This document shows positions 1-10,457 of a stretch of DNA of 37,301 bases, piece by piece. The translations under genes were made by a program, and so were the position numbers. The notes beneath the pieces were generated by a model, which saw only the letters and a list, made by a program, of their open reading frames with translations, made no database searches and had not been told where the DNA came from. Source of the DNA: Candidatus Falkowbacteria bacterium RIFOXYC2_FULL_48_21 (GTDB taxonomy: Bacteria; Patescibacteriota; Patescibacteriia; UBA11705; JABHMO01). The stretch covers positions 14,814 through 52,114 of the forward strand of contig MFGM01000074.1 of the NCBI GenBank assembly GCA_001778275.1. Direction: 5' to 3'. How positions within the stretch are numbered: the first letter of the stretch is position 1; every line of letters begins with the position of its first letter.

Positions 1-1
1 G

Positions 2-289
2 ATCGAAGGAATGATACGGATGATGAATAATGAAGGTGGCTTTGAGGGGCCGGTGAATCTGGGCAATCCGCAAGAGTTTTCGATCAAAGAATTGGCTGAA
101 CTGACTTTGCGATTAATTCCCGAATCTGCCAGCCAAATTGTTTATCAACCGTTGCCATCGGACGACCCGCGGCGCAGAAAGCCCGATATTGCGCTCGCAT
201 CAGAAAAGCTGGGTTGGCAACCGCAAACAACGCTGGCTGACGGATTGGTAAAAACCATTGAGTATTTCAGAAAAAAAATATGCGCATAA
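2..289 (+). CDS. UDP-glucuronate decarboxylase (UXS-type extended SDR), C-terminal fragment; the 5' end lies outside the window
   Basis: The frame is open from the window edge. ...GPVNLGNPQEFSIKELAE...YQPLPSDDPRRRKPDIALASEKLGWQP...GLVKTIEYFRKK matches the conserved C-terminal signature of UDP-xylose synthases as I recall it (human UXS1: NLGNPEEHTI...DDPQKRKPDI...LGWEP). Stop is TAA 287-289. Confidence 0.85.
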   Translation: MEGMIRMMNNEGGFEGPVNLGNPQEFSIKELAELTLRLIPESASQIVYQPLPSDDPRRRKPDIALASEKLGWQPQTTLADGLVKTIEYFRKKICA

Positions 290-1569
290 TGATTATCGGC
301 GCCGGCTATGTGGGCTTGGTCAGTAGCGCTTGTTTTGCGGAGCTCGGACACAATGTCGTTTGCGTGGATACCGATAGCGAAAAAATCAAGGGATTGAATC
401 AAGGGATCATGCCTTTTTTTGAGCCGGGCATCAAGGATTTGGTTTCGGCCAACTTGCTGGCGGCGCGTTTGCAATTCAGTTTGTCGATCAAAGATAATAT
501 AAATAACGTTGACGTTATATTTATTTGCGTCGGCACACCACCGAAGAAGACCGGCCAAGCCGATTTGTCTCAAGTTTTTCAAGCGGCAGAGGAAATCGGC
601 CGGAGTATAAAGCAATACGCGGTGATTGTCACGAAAAGTACGGTACCGGTAGGCGCGGCCAAGAAAATCCGAAAAATCATCAGTGCGAATTATCATAGCG
701 AATATGATGTGGCGTCTTGTCCGGAATTTTTGCGGGAAGGCACGGCCATAAAAGACTTTATGTGTCCGGATCGCATTGTGATCGGCACGGAATCGTTGCG
801 CGCGAGAGAGTGGCTGGTGAAGCTGCACGAAAAAATCGAGTGCCCGAAAATTTTGACCGAAATCGCCACGGCCGAAATGATTAAATACGCTTCGAACGCT
901 TTTTTGGCCACGAAAATTTCATTTATCAACGAAGTGGCAAACGTTTGCGAGTTGGTCGGAGCGGACGTCGAGCGCGTGGCGGAGGGAATGGGTTATGACA
1001 AGCGCATCGGTCGGGCGTTTCTCAATGCCGGAATCGGCTATGGCGGCAGTTGCTTTCCAAAAGATGTGCGAGCCTTGCATCACATTGCCGAAGAGAACGG
1101 TTGCTTGTTTCAGCTTCTGAAAGCGGTGATTGAGGTTAATTCCCAGCAAAAGTGGTTGTTCTATAAAAAAATTAAAACCGTGCTTGGCAATTTGGAAGAA
1201 AAAAGTATCGGCGTTTGGGGCTTGTCCTTTAAACCGGAAACGGACGACATTCGAGAATCCATTGCCATCGAGTTGATCGAGAAATTGATTGAGGATGGTG
1301 CGAAGGTGAAGGTTTACGATCCGGTGGCCATGGCCAACGCCCAAAAAGTTCTGGGTGACCGAGTCGGTTATTGCTTTTCCGCGGCCTACGCGGCCGAAGC
1401 GGCGGACGCGCTGTTGATTATGACGGAATGGGATGAGTTTAGAAATTTTGATTTTAACATCCTCCGCGGCCGGATGCGGCAACAAGTAGTTATCGATGGG
1501 CGCAACCTGTATGACAAAGCGGTATTATCCTCGTTGGGATTTAATTATCTAAGTGTCGGTCGACAGTAG
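280..1569 (+). CDS. ugd: UDP-glucose 6-dehydrogenase
   Basis: 429 aa. Contains the Rossmann motif MIIGAGYVGLV, the catalytic-Cys motif GGSCFPKD and the C-terminal UDP-binding region GLSFKPETDDIRES. ATG 280 overlaps the upstream stop by 10 nt; an in-frame alternative ATG lies at 289. Confidence 0.93.
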   Translation: MRIMIIGAGYVGLVSSACFAELGHNVVCVDTDSEKIKGLNQGIMPFFEPGIKDLVSANLLAARLQFSLSIKDNINNVDVIFICVGTPPKKTGQADLSQVFQAAEEIGRSIKQYAVIVTKSTVPVGAAKKIRKIISANYHSEYDVASCPEFLREGTAIKDFMCPDRIVIGTESLRAREWLVKLHEKIECPKILTEIATAEMIKYASNAFLATKISFINEVANVCELVGADVERVAEGMGYDKRIGRAFLNAGIGYGGSCFPKDVRALHHIAEENGCLFQLLKAVIEVNSQQKWLFYKKIKTVLGNLEEKSIGVWGLSFKPETDDIRESIAIELIEKLIEDGAKVKVYDPVAMANAQKVLGDRVGYCFSAAYAAEAADALLIMTEWDEFRNFDFNILRGRMRQQVVIDGRNLYDKAVLSSLGFNYLSVGRQ

Positions 1570-1600
1570 GCGGGGTTTAATGAGTTGATTTAATTCTTTT

Positions 1601-2890
1601 ATGTCAGACATAAAAATCGCCGTTATTGGCTTGGGATACGTTGGGTTGCCACTGGCTGTCGCTTTTGGCCGAAAGTTTGACGATGTTATCGGTTTTGATA
1701 TCAACGAACGTCGCGTTGTTGAATTGCAAGGGGGGATGGATCATAGCGGAGAGTTGTTAGCTGAAGAGTTAACTAATACGCGAGTGAGGTACACGACCAA
1801 TGCTGCCGAGCTACGTCAAGCGAATTTTCTGGTTGTGGCTGTGCCGACGCCGATCGATGACAATTTTCAGCCGGATTTGAAACCGTTGCAAGATGCCTCT
1901 AGGATTGTCGGTGAGAACTTGTTGGCCAATTCGATTGTGGTTTTCGAATCAACGGTCTATCCGGGCGTTACCGAGGATGTTTGCGGCCCAATCTTGGAAC
2001 AATATTCTCATTTAAAATGCGGTAGTGAGTTTAAATTGGGTTATTCGCCGGAGCGAATCAATCCGGGTGACAAGCAGTTTACCGTGGAAAAAGTGATCAA
2101 GATCGTTTCCGGTCAAGATGAACCAACGGCGAATGTCGTGGCGGAAGTATACGGTAAAATTTGCCTTGCGGGAATCCACCGGGCATCAAGTATCAAGGTT
2201 GCGGAAGCGGCCAAATTGATTGAAAACGTGCAACGCGATTTAAATATCGCCTTGGCCAATGAACTGTCGCTGATATTTCAAAACTTGAAAATCAACACGT
2301 GGGACGTACTTGAAGCGGCCGGCACAAAGTGGAATTTTCAAAAATATGTTCCCGGGTTGGTCGGCGGCCATTGTATCGGCGTTGACCCGTATTATTTGAC
2401 ATATCTAAGCACGAAGCTTGGTCACAATCCGGAACTGATATTGACGGCGCGACGCATTAACGAATATATGGCCAGCCATGTCGCTGACATGATGACCAAG
2501 GGGTTGAACGAAGTCAATAAACCATTGGCCGGCGCGAATGTTTTGGTGGCCGGGCTGACTTTCAAGGAGAATGTTAAGGACATTAGAAATTCAAAAGCGA
2601 AAAATATCATTTCTCGATTAAAAAGCGTCGGTATAAATGTTTTCGCCATTGATCCGTTGCTTGATGATGACGCAATAAGGAATTTTGGCGCCGAGCCGGT
2701 GCGGGGATTTGATAATCTGCCGAAAAAAATCGACGGTATTATAATTTGCTTGATTCACGAGCCGTTCAAGTCATTGTCTTTGCGCCAAATTAAGGATGTG
2801 AGCAATGGAAAAGTGGTGATTGTGGATGTGAAAGGATTGTTGCGCGGTGAAGCGGCGAGGGATTTAGGGGTGGCGTATTATAGTTTGTAG
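1601..2890 (+). CDS. Nucleotide-sugar 6-dehydrogenase, TviB/WbpO family (UDP-GlcNAc/GalNAc 6-dehydrogenase-like)
   Basis: 429 aa. Motifs: VIGLGYVGLPLAVAFG, YSPERINPGDK, KVAEAAKLIENVQRDLNIALANEL, PGLVGGHCIGVDPYYL (catalytic Cys), GLTFKENVKDIRNS. Nearly colinear with TviB as I recall it, and less like WecC. Confidence 0.85.
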   Translation: MSDIKIAVIGLGYVGLPLAVAFGRKFDDVIGFDINERRVVELQGGMDHSGELLAEELTNTRVRYTTNAAELRQANFLVVAVPTPIDDNFQPDLKPLQDASRIVGENLLANSIVVFESTVYPGVTEDVCGPILEQYSHLKCGSEFKLGYSPERINPGDKQFTVEKVIKIVSGQDEPTANVVAEVYGKICLAGIHRASSIKVAEAAKLIENVQRDLNIALANELSLIFQNLKINTWDVLEAAGTKWNFQKYVPGLVGGHCIGVDPYYLTYLSTKLGHNPELILTARRINEYMASHVADMMTKGLNEVNKPLAGANVLVAGLTFKENVKDIRNSKAKNIISRLKSVGINVFAIDPLLDDDAIRNFGAEPVRGFDNLPKKIDGIIICLIHEPFKSLSLRQIKDVSNGKVVIVDVKGLLRGEAARDLGVAYYSL

Positions 2891-2904
2891 CATTCGTCGG
2901 CCGT

Positions 2905-4281
2905 ATGCGAAATAAATTTAGAAAAATTATTCTTTTGGCAGGAGATGTCATCTGTTTGTATGGGTCGCTTTGGCTTATGCTATTCTTGCGATACGATCGG
3001 GTGGAAGAGGCACTTTTCAGTAAGCATTTACCGGTTTTTTCGGTAATTTTTTTCATTTGGCTCATCGTGTTTTATATTTCCGGCTTTTATGATTATATTT
3101 ATTGTCGGATCCGGTTGAGCTACTTGCTTAATTTTGTCAAAGTGTTACTTGTTAATTTTTTTATATGTGTCAGTTTTTTTTACATCACCCCGTATCTCAT
3201 TAATCGTGATATTATTACGCCAAAAAGAAATATAATACTGTATTTTTTGGTTTTCTTTTTCGCTCATTTGATTTGGCGCCAGTTGTATTATACCTTTATG
3301 AAATCTCGCGCCATGGTAAACAATATCGCCATCATCGGCGCGACGGATAAGATAGCCGAAATTATCGACCGATTGACCACGGCCTCGACATTAGGATATC
3401 GCTTGAGGTTAATTATGGGGGTGACTGAAAACGATCCAGTACTCTTTGGTGTCGAGACGCTTCAAGTGGTTCCGGAAATTGACAAGCTCACGGCATTATT
3501 TATTGCTCGCGACATCAAGACAATCGTTATTGACGATCACACCAGGATGGATCATGCTTTAGTCCAAAAGTTATACCAATGCCTGCCACTAAAAATAGAC
3601 TTCATTAAATTTTCACAATTTTATGAAAATATAACAGGCAAGGTGCCTGCGTATCTTATAAAAAAAGTCTGGTTTTTGGGTAATCTGAAAGAGGCGCAAA
3701 AAAGAAACTACGAACGAGGCAAGCGGCTGGCAGATTATATTCTCGTTGTTGTGCTGTTTTTCTTTTTTTTAATTGTTCTTCCGTTTGTGGCCCTGGCAAC
3801 AAAAGTCAATTCGCCGGGACCAATATTCTATAGGCAAAGGCGTGTTGGCCGCCATGGCAAAATTTTTGAATTGATCAAGTTTCGTTCCATGATAGTTGAT
3901 GCGGAAAAAGATGGGGCGCAATGGTCGGGCGTCAATGATCGTCGTATCACGAAGTTGGGTAAATTTTTACGATGCACGCACGTGGACGAACTGCCGCAAA
4001 TCATTAATATTTTAAAGGGTGATATGTCCGTGGTCGGACCGCGGCCAGAAAGGCCAGAATTTGTTGAACAGCTGGTCAAAGAGATTCCATATTATCAAAT
4101 TAGACATCTAATAAGGCCGGGGATTACCGGCTGGGCGCAGCTCAATTTTCGCTATGGTGCATCGATTGCGGATGCGATGGAAAAACTGCAGTATGACTTG
4201 TTTTATATAAAAAATCGGTCATTGATTTTGGACTTTAGTATCTTTTTAAAAACAGTAAATCGTATTCTTAAGAGAAATTGA
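2905..4281 (+). CDS. Polyprenyl-phosphate glycosylphosphotransferase (large WbaP/EpsB-type initiating sugar transferase)
   Basis: 458 aa. It has N-terminal TM helices, a central Rossmann-like region ([14 protein letters not shown]) and a C-terminal bacterial sugar-transferase catalytic domain ([26 protein letters not shown]...[24 protein letters not shown]). Confidence 0.9.
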   Translation: MRNKFRKIILLAGDVICLYGSLWLMLFLRYDRVEEALFSKHLPVFSVIFFIWLIVFYISGFYDYIYCRIRLSYLLNFVKVLLVNFFICVSFFYITPYLINRDIITPKRNIILYFLVFFFAHLIWRQLYYTFMKSRAMVNNIAIIGATDKIAEIIDRLTTASTLGYRLRLIMGVTENDPVLFGVETLQVVPEIDKLTALFIARDIKTIVIDDHTRMDHALVQKLYQCLPLKIDFIKFSQFYENITGKVPAYLIKKVWFLGNLKEAQKRNYERGKRLADYILVVVLFFFFLIVLPFVALATKVNSPGPIFYRQRRVGRHGKIFELIKFRSMIVDAEKDGAQWSGVNDRRITKLGKFLRCTHVDELPQIINILKGDMSVVGPRPERPEFVEQLVKEIPYYQIRHLIRPGITGWAQLNFRYGASIADAMEKLQYDLFYIKNRSLILDFSIFLKTVNRILKRN

Positions 4282-4303
4282 AGCAAGCCCGTTTCGTTAT
4301 TCA

Positions 4304-5359
4304 ATGTTGAATAAATACATGAAAAAGGCATTGATCACCGGCATTACCGGCCAAGACGGTTCATATTTGGCCGAATTGCTATTAGAAAAAGGCTATGAAG
4401 TGCATGGCATTATTCGTCGCGCTTCCACTTTTAATACCGGTCGAATTCAACATTTATACCAAGATCCGCATGTGGTCGATAAAACGCTTTATTTGCATTA
4501 TGGCGATGTGGCGGATGCCAGCAATCTGAATCGCTTGATTGAAAAAATTGCCGCCGATGAAATTTATCATCTAGCCGCGCAAAGTCACGTTCGTGTTAGT
4601 TTTGATTTGCCGGAGTATACCTGCGATGTCACGGGTCTTAGTACGACCAGGATCTTGGATGCTATAAAAGAAACGCGAAAAGCAACAAGGTTTTATCAAG
4701 CATCTTCGTCGGAAATGTTTGGTAAAGTCCGACCGGAGGATTTGCCGATAAATGAACAAACCCCATTTTATCCTCGGTCGCCGTACGGTTGCGCTAAGGT
4801 TTACGCATACTGGATGACAAAAAATTATCGCGAAGCTTATAATATGTTCGCGTGCAATGGAATTCTTTTTAACCATGAATCACCACGTCGCGGGGAAACC
4901 TTCGTAACTAGAAAAATCACTCGAGCACTTACGCGCATCAAGCTTGGTCGCGATGAAAAATTGTATTTAGGCAATTTGGATGCTAGACGAGACTGGGGAT
5001 ATGCCAAGGATTATGTTTATGGCATGTGGCAGATGTTGCAGGCGGACAAGCCTGATGATTACATCTTGGCCACCAATGAAGCGCATAGCGTACGGGAATT
5101 TGTAGAAAAAGCAGCTGAGTATTTAGGCATGAGCATTGATTGGAACGGAGTGGGGTTGGCGGAGCAGGGAATTGATCGTCGGTCGGGAAAAGTTATTGTT
5201 GAAATCGACCAGAAATACTTCCGTCCATCAGAGGTCGATGTGTTATTGGGTGATTATTCCAAGGCGAAAAGTGTTTTGCAATGGCAGCCAAGCGTTAAAT
5301 TCGAGCAGTTGGTGGCGTTAATGGTTGACGCTGACTTGAAAGACGCGATTTCGGACTAA
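4304..5359 (+). CDS. gmd: GDP-mannose 4,6-dehydratase
   Basis: Motifs: [31 protein letters not shown], YxxxK (YGCAK), [17 protein letters not shown]. The in-frame ATG at 4319 (MKKALITG...) is an equally plausible start. Confidence 0.95.
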   Translation: MLNKYMKKALITGITGQDGSYLAELLLEKGYEVHGIIRRASTFNTGRIQHLYQDPHVVDKTLYLHYGDVADASNLNRLIEKIAADEIYHLAAQSHVRVSFDLPEYTCDVTGLSTTRILDAIKETRKATRFYQASSSEMFGKVRPEDLPINEQTPFYPRSPYGCAKVYAYWMTKNYREAYNMFACNGILFNHESPRRGETFVTRKITRALTRIKLGRDEKLYLGNLDARRDWGYAKDYVYGMWQMLQADKPDDYILATNEAHSVREFVEKAAEYLGMSIDWNGVGLAEQGIDRRSGKVIVEIDQKYFRPSEVDVLLGDYSKAKSVLQWQPSVKFEQLVALMVDADLKDAISD

Positions 5360-5369
5360 TTAAATTTTT

Positions 5370-6311
5370 ATGCAAAAAAACTCATCAATTTATGTTGCCG
5401 GTCATAAAGGTTTAGTCGGGTCGGCAATTGTGCGGCGATTGCTGGATCTCGGCTATACCAACTTGATTTTGCGCAACAGGCGGGAATTGGACCTTTTGTG
5501 CCAAAAAGCGGTGGCGGATTTTTTTTCAGAGCATCGGCCGGAATATGTTTTTTTGGCGGCGGCCAAAGTCGGCGGCATTATGAGCAACAAAACGCACAAG
5601 GCTGATTTTATATATGAAAATTTACAAATTCAGAATAATATTATTCACAATGCGGCGATTTGTGGTATAAGTAAATTATTGTTCTTGGGTTCGTCCTGTA
5701 TTTATCCGCGCGATTGTCCGCAGCCGATGCGAGAGGATTATTTGTTGACTGGATCACTCGAAAAAACGAACGATGCGTATGCCGTTGCCAAGATCGCCGG
5801 CATTAAAATGTGTCAATCGTATAATGAACAATATAATACAAATTTTATTTCAGTGATGCCAACCAATTTGTACGGTATTAATGATAATTTCGATATTGAA
5901 AATGGCCACGTGCTACCTTCGTTGATTCGCAAATTTTATTTGGCAAAAATCAATGAGCAACCTTGCGTTGAGCTGTGGGGGACAGGCGCGCCATTGCGCG
6001 AATTTTTATACGTTGACGATTTGGCTGATGCTTGTGTGTACCTAATGAACAACTACGCACAATCGAGCATCGTTAATATTGGCACCGGTGAAGAGATATC
6101 GATAAAGGACTTGGCCATGCTAATTCGCGATATTGTCGATTATAGAGGCGAGATTATTTGGAACAGCAGTCGCCCGGACGGTACGCCACGAAAACTTCTT
6201 GATGTTTCCAAGCTGCATGTTCTTGGGTGGCAACATCGGGTCACGCTGCGTGTCGGTCTTAAAACGACATATACCTGGTTTTTACAAAATCAGGAAACTT
6301 TACGACAATGA
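5370..6311 (+). CDS. fcl: GDP-L-fucose synthase (GDP-4-keto-6-deoxymannose 3,5-epimerase/4-reductase)
   Basis: 313 aa. Motifs: IYVAGHKGLVGSAI, LGSSCIYP, YAVAKIAG (YxxxK), MPTNLYG. Lies directly downstream of gmd. Confidence 0.93.
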   Translation: MQKNSSIYVAGHKGLVGSAIVRRLLDLGYTNLILRNRRELDLLCQKAVADFFSEHRPEYVFLAAAKVGGIMSNKTHKADFIYENLQIQNNIIHNAAICGISKLLFLGSSCIYPRDCPQPMREDYLLTGSLEKTNDAYAVAKIAGIKMCQSYNEQYNTNFISVMPTNLYGINDNFDIENGHVLPSLIRKFYLAKINEQPCVELWGTGAPLREFLYVDDLADACVYLMNNYAQSSIVNIGTGEEISIKDLAMLIRDIVDYRGEIIWNSSRPDGTPRKLLDVSKLHVLGWQHRVTLRVGLKTTYTWFLQNQETLRQ

Positions 6312-6407
6312 TGACAGCATAATGCCTGCGCAATGGCTTGTGGATTTTGCATAAAAGTTCTACAATGCAAACAAGTTTTATAATTTTTGCCCGTTATTTG
6401 AAAACAC

Positions 6408-7898
6408 ATGTATAGCGAAATTGAATTAAATACGCCTACGGCACCAGAAAGTTTAAGAACCAAAATTGTTCGAGGCAGTATATGGAATATGGCGGGGACG
6501 ATGATGGCACAAGCGGTTAAGATTGTTTCCATGATCGTGATTGCCCGGCTGTTGACACCTGCCGACTTCGCCATTGCCGGCTTATCCACTGCGGCGACCC
6601 AGTTGATAATTTTATTCGGTGGTTTTGGCTTTGGCGAAGCGTTGATCGCGAAGAAGGAAATAACCAAGGAAAGTTGCCATACGGTTTTTTGGGCGACGGC
6701 GGCAATAAAAATAGTGATTGGCTTGATCATTTGCCTTTTGGCAGGGACACTGGCAGATTTTTATCAAAACCAATTGTTGGTAAAGCCGATTATTTTCATC
6801 GGCATCGGTTTCATTTTTTCCATTGGAAATGTTGTGCCGGCCAATTTATTGTATCGAGAAATGCGCTTTTGGGAGCTTAATGTCGTTAATTTTATTGCTA
6901 CGGTCATATCAGTGATTATCGCCGTAATTTTGGCGACAAAAGGCTTCGGCTATTGGTCAATAATTTTCCCGGCCGTTGTAATCACGCCACTCCGTACGAT
7001 TATGCAATCAATCGTTGCCAAGTATTCTCCGCGGCTAAGATTTTCATGGCAAGAGTTGCGACAAATGGCAAATTTTGGATTTTTCGTACTTGGTACCAAG
7101 GTCGCCAGATTTTTCGCTGAAAACGGTGATTATTTAATTCTTGGTCGGTTTTTACCAACGGCTTTATTCGGACAATACTATTTTGCCTACGAGAAAGCAC
7201 GATTGACTATTGATTCCATCGCACCGCAGTTAGAAGGCACACTTTTCCCCGCCTTTAGTAAGATGCAAGATAATGTCGCACGACTTCGCGATAAATGCCT
7301 TGAAGCAACGCAAATGATTACTTGGTTTACCTATCCGTTAAGTATCATTTTGATTTTACTGGCGAAGCCTCTGGTGCCGATCGTTTTTGGCGCACAGTGG
7401 CGGGCGGCGATAGTCGTTTTTCAATTTTTTTGTGCCTATGCTTTCACCTATTATTTGTGGGGTTCGGCGCAAATGACGCTTTATTCACTGAATAAGCCGC
7501 AATCCATATTTTACTTTGAAATCATAAAGATGTTTTTGCTGTTGCCGTTGTTGTTTTGTGCCGGAATAAGTGGAATTACTATTGAGCAGATTGCCTTGTT
7601 TATGCTGATAACCACCTCGATTTTGAATGTGGGAATGACGGTATACATTTATCGATTGCTTGGGACAACGTGGATACATTTTGGACGGCATTTTTATTCT
7701 CTTTGCGCGGCTTGTGGCGTTCTGGCAGTGGTTGGCCTTGTCGTAATTCATCGGCTTGACGGTTTGCGTTTCATTTATACTATCTACAATCTTATTGGCC
7801 TTTGCTTGGCGGGTCTGTTGATTTATGTTATTACCCTCATGATCGTGCAAAAAGGCTTTTGGCAAAAAATTAATTTGGTTTTTCGGTCAATCAAATAA
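6408..7898 (+). CDS. wzx: Wzx-like polysaccharide flippase (MOP/PST superfamily)
   Basis: 496 aa, hydrophobic throughout (about 12-14 helices), with no soluble domain. The N-terminus KIVRGSIWNMAGTMMAQAVKIVSMIVIARLLTPADFA is typical of PST-family flippases. It is preceded by the only sizeable internal gap in the first 15 kb (96 nt). Confidence 0.75.
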   Translation: MYSEIELNTPTAPESLRTKIVRGSIWNMAGTMMAQAVKIVSMIVIARLLTPADFAIAGLSTAATQLIILFGGFGFGEALIAKKEITKESCHTVFWATAAIKIVIGLIICLLAGTLADFYQNQLLVKPIIFIGIGFIFSIGNVVPANLLYREMRFWELNVVNFIATVISVIIAVILATKGFGYWSIIFPAVVITPLRTIMQSIVAKYSPRLRFSWQELRQMANFGFFVLGTKVARFFAENGDYLILGRFLPTALFGQYYFAYEKARLTIDSIAPQLEGTLFPAFSKMQDNVARLRDKCLEATQMITWFTYPLSIILILLAKPLVPIVFGAQWRAAIVVFQFFCAYAFTYYLWGSAQMTLYSLNKPQSIFYFEIIKMFLLLPLLFCAGISGITIEQIALFMLITTSILNVGMTVYIYRLLGTTWIHFGRHFYSLCAACGVLAVVGLVVIHRLDGLRFIYTIYNLIGLCLAGLLIYVITLMIVQKGFWQKINLVFRSIK

Positions 7899-7917
7899 AA
7901 ATAATCTAAATAGCAGT

Positions 7918-9087
7918 ATGCCTATTAGGGAAAAATTTCTTGTTTTTGGTAGTCCGCTTATCGTCGATGACGAAATTAACGAAGTGGTGGCCACCATGCG
8001 TTCCGGTTGGCTCGGCACCGGACCGAAGACCGCGAAGTTCGAGCAAATGATCAAGGAATATGTCGGCACCAAATATGCCTTGGCTGTTAATTCTTGTACT
8101 GCGGGACTGCACCTTTCGTTGATCAGCGCGGGAATAAAACAGGGAGACGAGGTGATTACGACGCCGATGACCTTTGCGGCCACGGCCAATGTTATTTGTC
8201 ACGTCGGCGCGAAACCGGTGTTTGCGGATGTAGATCGCGCGACGATGAATATCGATCCCAAGGAAATCGAAAAGAAAATTACCGAAAAAACCAAGGCTTT
8301 ATTGCCGGTGCATCTTGCCGGCCGCGCGTGCGACATGGAGGCACTCACCGCCATTGCCGCCAAGTATAATCTCAAATTGATCAATGATGCGGCTCATTCT
8401 CTTGAAACCGAATATCATGGTAAAAAAATCGGTTGCTTCGGCGACTTAACCGCTTTTAGTTTTTACGTGACGAAAAATATTACTACGGTTGAAGGGGGTA
8501 TGGTGACGACGGACAATGAAGAATTGGCCAATATGATAAAGATTTATGCCTTGCATGGCATGAGCAAGGACGCGTGGAAGCGATTTTCCGACGAAGGCTA
8601 TAAACATTATCAGGTTATTTATCCGGGTTTCAAGTATAATATGACGGACATGCAGGCCAGCATGGGTATCCACCAGCTGAAACGAATCGAAGCCGGCGCG
8701 GTCAGACGAAAGGCGCTCTGGGAGAAATATAATAATGCGTTTCGTGATTTACCTTGTTTCGTCCCGGCGCCGGTCGAAGTCGATACTCGTCACGCGTATC
8801 ATTTATATACGTTGCTGGTTGATTTGGAAAAGTTAACCGTTGACCGTGACGCTATCATGAATGCGTTGCACAAAGAAAATATCGGCACCGGCGTTCATTA
8901 TACCGCTTTGCATTTACATCCATTCTATGCCAATACATTCGGCTACAAAAAAGGGGATTTTCCAAACGCGGAATATATTTCCGATCGGACATTGTCTTTA
9001 CCGTTTTCGCCAAAACTAACGGATCAAGACGCGGATGATGTTATCAATGCGGTTACAATCGTTTTAAATCGATATAAAAAATCATAG
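7918..9087 (+). CDS. PLP-dependent sugar aminotransferase, DegT/DnrJ/EryC1 family, ArnB-like
   Basis: 389 aa. Blocks parallel E. coli ArnB as I recall it: RSGWLGTGPK, GDEVITTPMTF, FSFYVTKNITTVEGGMVTTD (PLP lysine), PGFKYNMTD, HAYHLY, IGTGVHY, SLPFSPKLTDQDADDVI. Confidence 0.88.
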   Translation: MPIREKFLVFGSPLIVDDEINEVVATMRSGWLGTGPKTAKFEQMIKEYVGTKYALAVNSCTAGLHLSLISAGIKQGDEVITTPMTFAATANVICHVGAKPVFADVDRATMNIDPKEIEKKITEKTKALLPVHLAGRACDMEALTAIAAKYNLKLINDAAHSLETEYHGKKIGCFGDLTAFSFYVTKNITTVEGGMVTTDNEELANMIKIYALHGMSKDAWKRFSDEGYKHYQVIYPGFKYNMTDMQASMGIHQLKRIEAGAVRRKALWEKYNNAFRDLPCFVPAPVEVDTRHAYHLYTLLVDLEKLTVDRDAIMNALHKENIGTGVHYTALHLHPFYANTFGYKKGDFPNAEYISDRTLSLPFSPKLTDQDADDVINAVTIVLNRYKKS

Positions 9088-9096
9088 TGCTTTTAT

Positions 9097-9816
9097 ATGG
9101 AATTTGACGTTTCAATCGTTATCGCTTGCTACAACGAAGAACCGTTGCTTGTGCAAAGTGTCAAGGAGTTGCGCCAAGTGATGGATCAGACGCGCTATAC
9201 ATATGAGTTGATTTTTATTGACGATTGTAGCCGAGATCGAACCAAGGACATCATAATCCAGATTGTCAAGGATTTGCCGAATACGCATTCTTTGTTTCAT
9301 GAAAAAAATAAAGGCCGCGGCGGCACGGTGACCGATGGCTTGAAAATGGCCGCGGGTAAAGTGGCGGGATTCTTGGATATTGATTTGGAAGTGCACGCGC
9401 GTTATATCCCATCGATGGTTCAAGCGATTTTGGACGGCGCTGACGTGGCCACGGCTTACCGATTTTATAATGTTGGCCTAAATCCCGTGGCCGTTTTGCG
9501 GCACGTGCTTAGTATCGGATATCGTAAGCTTATGCGGTTGGTTTTAAAGTTGCCGTTGAACGACACGGAAACCGGTTACAAATTTTTTAATCGTGAGAAA
9601 ATTTTGCCGGTATTGGAGAAAACAACCAATCAGGGCTGGTTTTGGGATACGGAAATCATGGCCTTGGCTTATTTTGTTGGCCTAAAAATAGTTGAAATTC
9701 CTTGTTTGTTTATCAGGCGGACGGATAAAGTTTCCAGCGTTAAAATTTTCAAAGATAGTATCGAATACTATAGGGAGTTGAGAAAATTTAAGCAAAAACT
9801 GAACGGCACGAAATAA
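9097..9816 (+). CDS. Family 2 glycosyltransferase, Dpm1/GtrB/ArnC-like (candidate polyprenyl-phosphate sugar synthase), short form without C-terminal TM helices
   Basis: 239 aa. Motifs: VSIVIACYNEE, YELIFIDDCSRD, GFLDIDLE (acidic DxD-type motif). GT2 membership is solid; the lipid-phosphate acceptor is inferred from context. Confidence 0.8.
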   Translation: MEFDVSIVIACYNEEPLLVQSVKELRQVMDQTRYTYELIFIDDCSRDRTKDIIIQIVKDLPNTHSLFHEKNKGRGGTVTDGLKMAAGKVAGFLDIDLEVHARYIPSMVQAILDGADVATAYRFYNVGLNPVAVLRHVLSIGYRKLMRLVLKLPLNDTETGYKFFNREKILPVLEKTTNQGWFWDTEIMALAYFVGLKIVEIPCLFIRRTDKVSSVKIFKDSIEYYRELRKFKQKLNGTK

Positions 9817-9817
9817 T

Positions 9818-10444
9818 ATGATTAATACAAGGTCGGATAATAAGAGCTTTATCTATTCTTCGCCATTGATTTATCAACTTACCATGCGTCTGCTTTACCG
9901 ATGTGGTTTTGGTTCGCGATATGAGGCGATTGCAAAATACATTCCGGATCATGCCTCCGTTGTTGACGTTTGTTGTGGCGACTGTTATCTATTTCATCAT
10001 TATTTAAAGTATAAAGCCGTTGACTATATCGGGCTGGATATCAATCGCTCTTTTGTCAATGATGCTCTCAAACGGGGGGTCAAGGCGAAACTTTTTGATA
10101 TTAACATTGACCCTTTGCCATCGGCTGAATATATCATCATGCAAGCGAGCTTGTATCAATTTATTCCAAATCAAAAAACAATCCTGGATAAACTTTTCAA
10201 TTCAGCGACTCGCGGTGTTATCATCACAGAGCCGATCCGTAATCTTTCGGACTCCAAAAATCCCGTTATAGCTTTTATCGCCAGGCGGGCGGCCAACCCC
10301 GGATCTGGTCACGCCAAGAATCGCTTTGACGAGAATAGTTTGCTCCAATTGTTGAAGAGTCGACAGCAGCCAATATCCACTTGCTTTAAAATTAAGGGCG
10401 ATAAGGAGTTGGTGGCGATTTTTGAAATAAAAGATACAAAATAA
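9818..10444 (+). CDS. Probable class I SAM-dependent methyltransferase
   Basis: 208 aa. The motif-I-like segment VVDVCCGDCY is followed by IGLDIN (post-I acidic residue) and IIMQASLYQF. This is more divergent than the neighbouring methyltransferases. Confidence 0.6.
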   Translation: MINTRSDNKSFIYSSPLIYQLTMRLLYRCGFGSRYEAIAKYIPDHASVVDVCCGDCYLFHHYLKYKAVDYIGLDINRSFVNDALKRGVKAKLFDINIDPLPSAEYIIMQASLYQFIPNQKTILDKLFNSATRGVIITEPIRNLSDSKNPVIAFIARRAANPGSGHAKNRFDENSLLQLLKSRQQPISTCFKIKGDKELVAIFEIKDTK

Positions 10445-10457
10445 ATGAATACCCAGT

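Noticed and set aside
145-1485. Long minus-strand ORFs (145-828, 227 aa; 919-1485, 188 aa), and many similar antisense ORFs of 60-140 aa throughout the track.
   Set aside because: They lie entirely antisense to strongly supported plus-strand genes such as ugd. Their products have low-complexity, Arg/Leu-rich compositions with no recognisable motifs. They are typical shadow ORFs.
6338-6384. Possible internal promoter in the 96-nt fcl-wzx gap (TTGTGG-17 nt-TACAAT at 6338-6366; also TATAAT at 6379-6384), plus a 7-bp AT-rich hairpin (6346-6352 / 6365-6371).
   Set aside because: The -35 match is poor (3 of 6). The TATAAT has no partner at proper spacing, and the hairpin is weak and lacks a T-tract. 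It is plausible but not supportable from sequence alone, so it is not listed as a feature.
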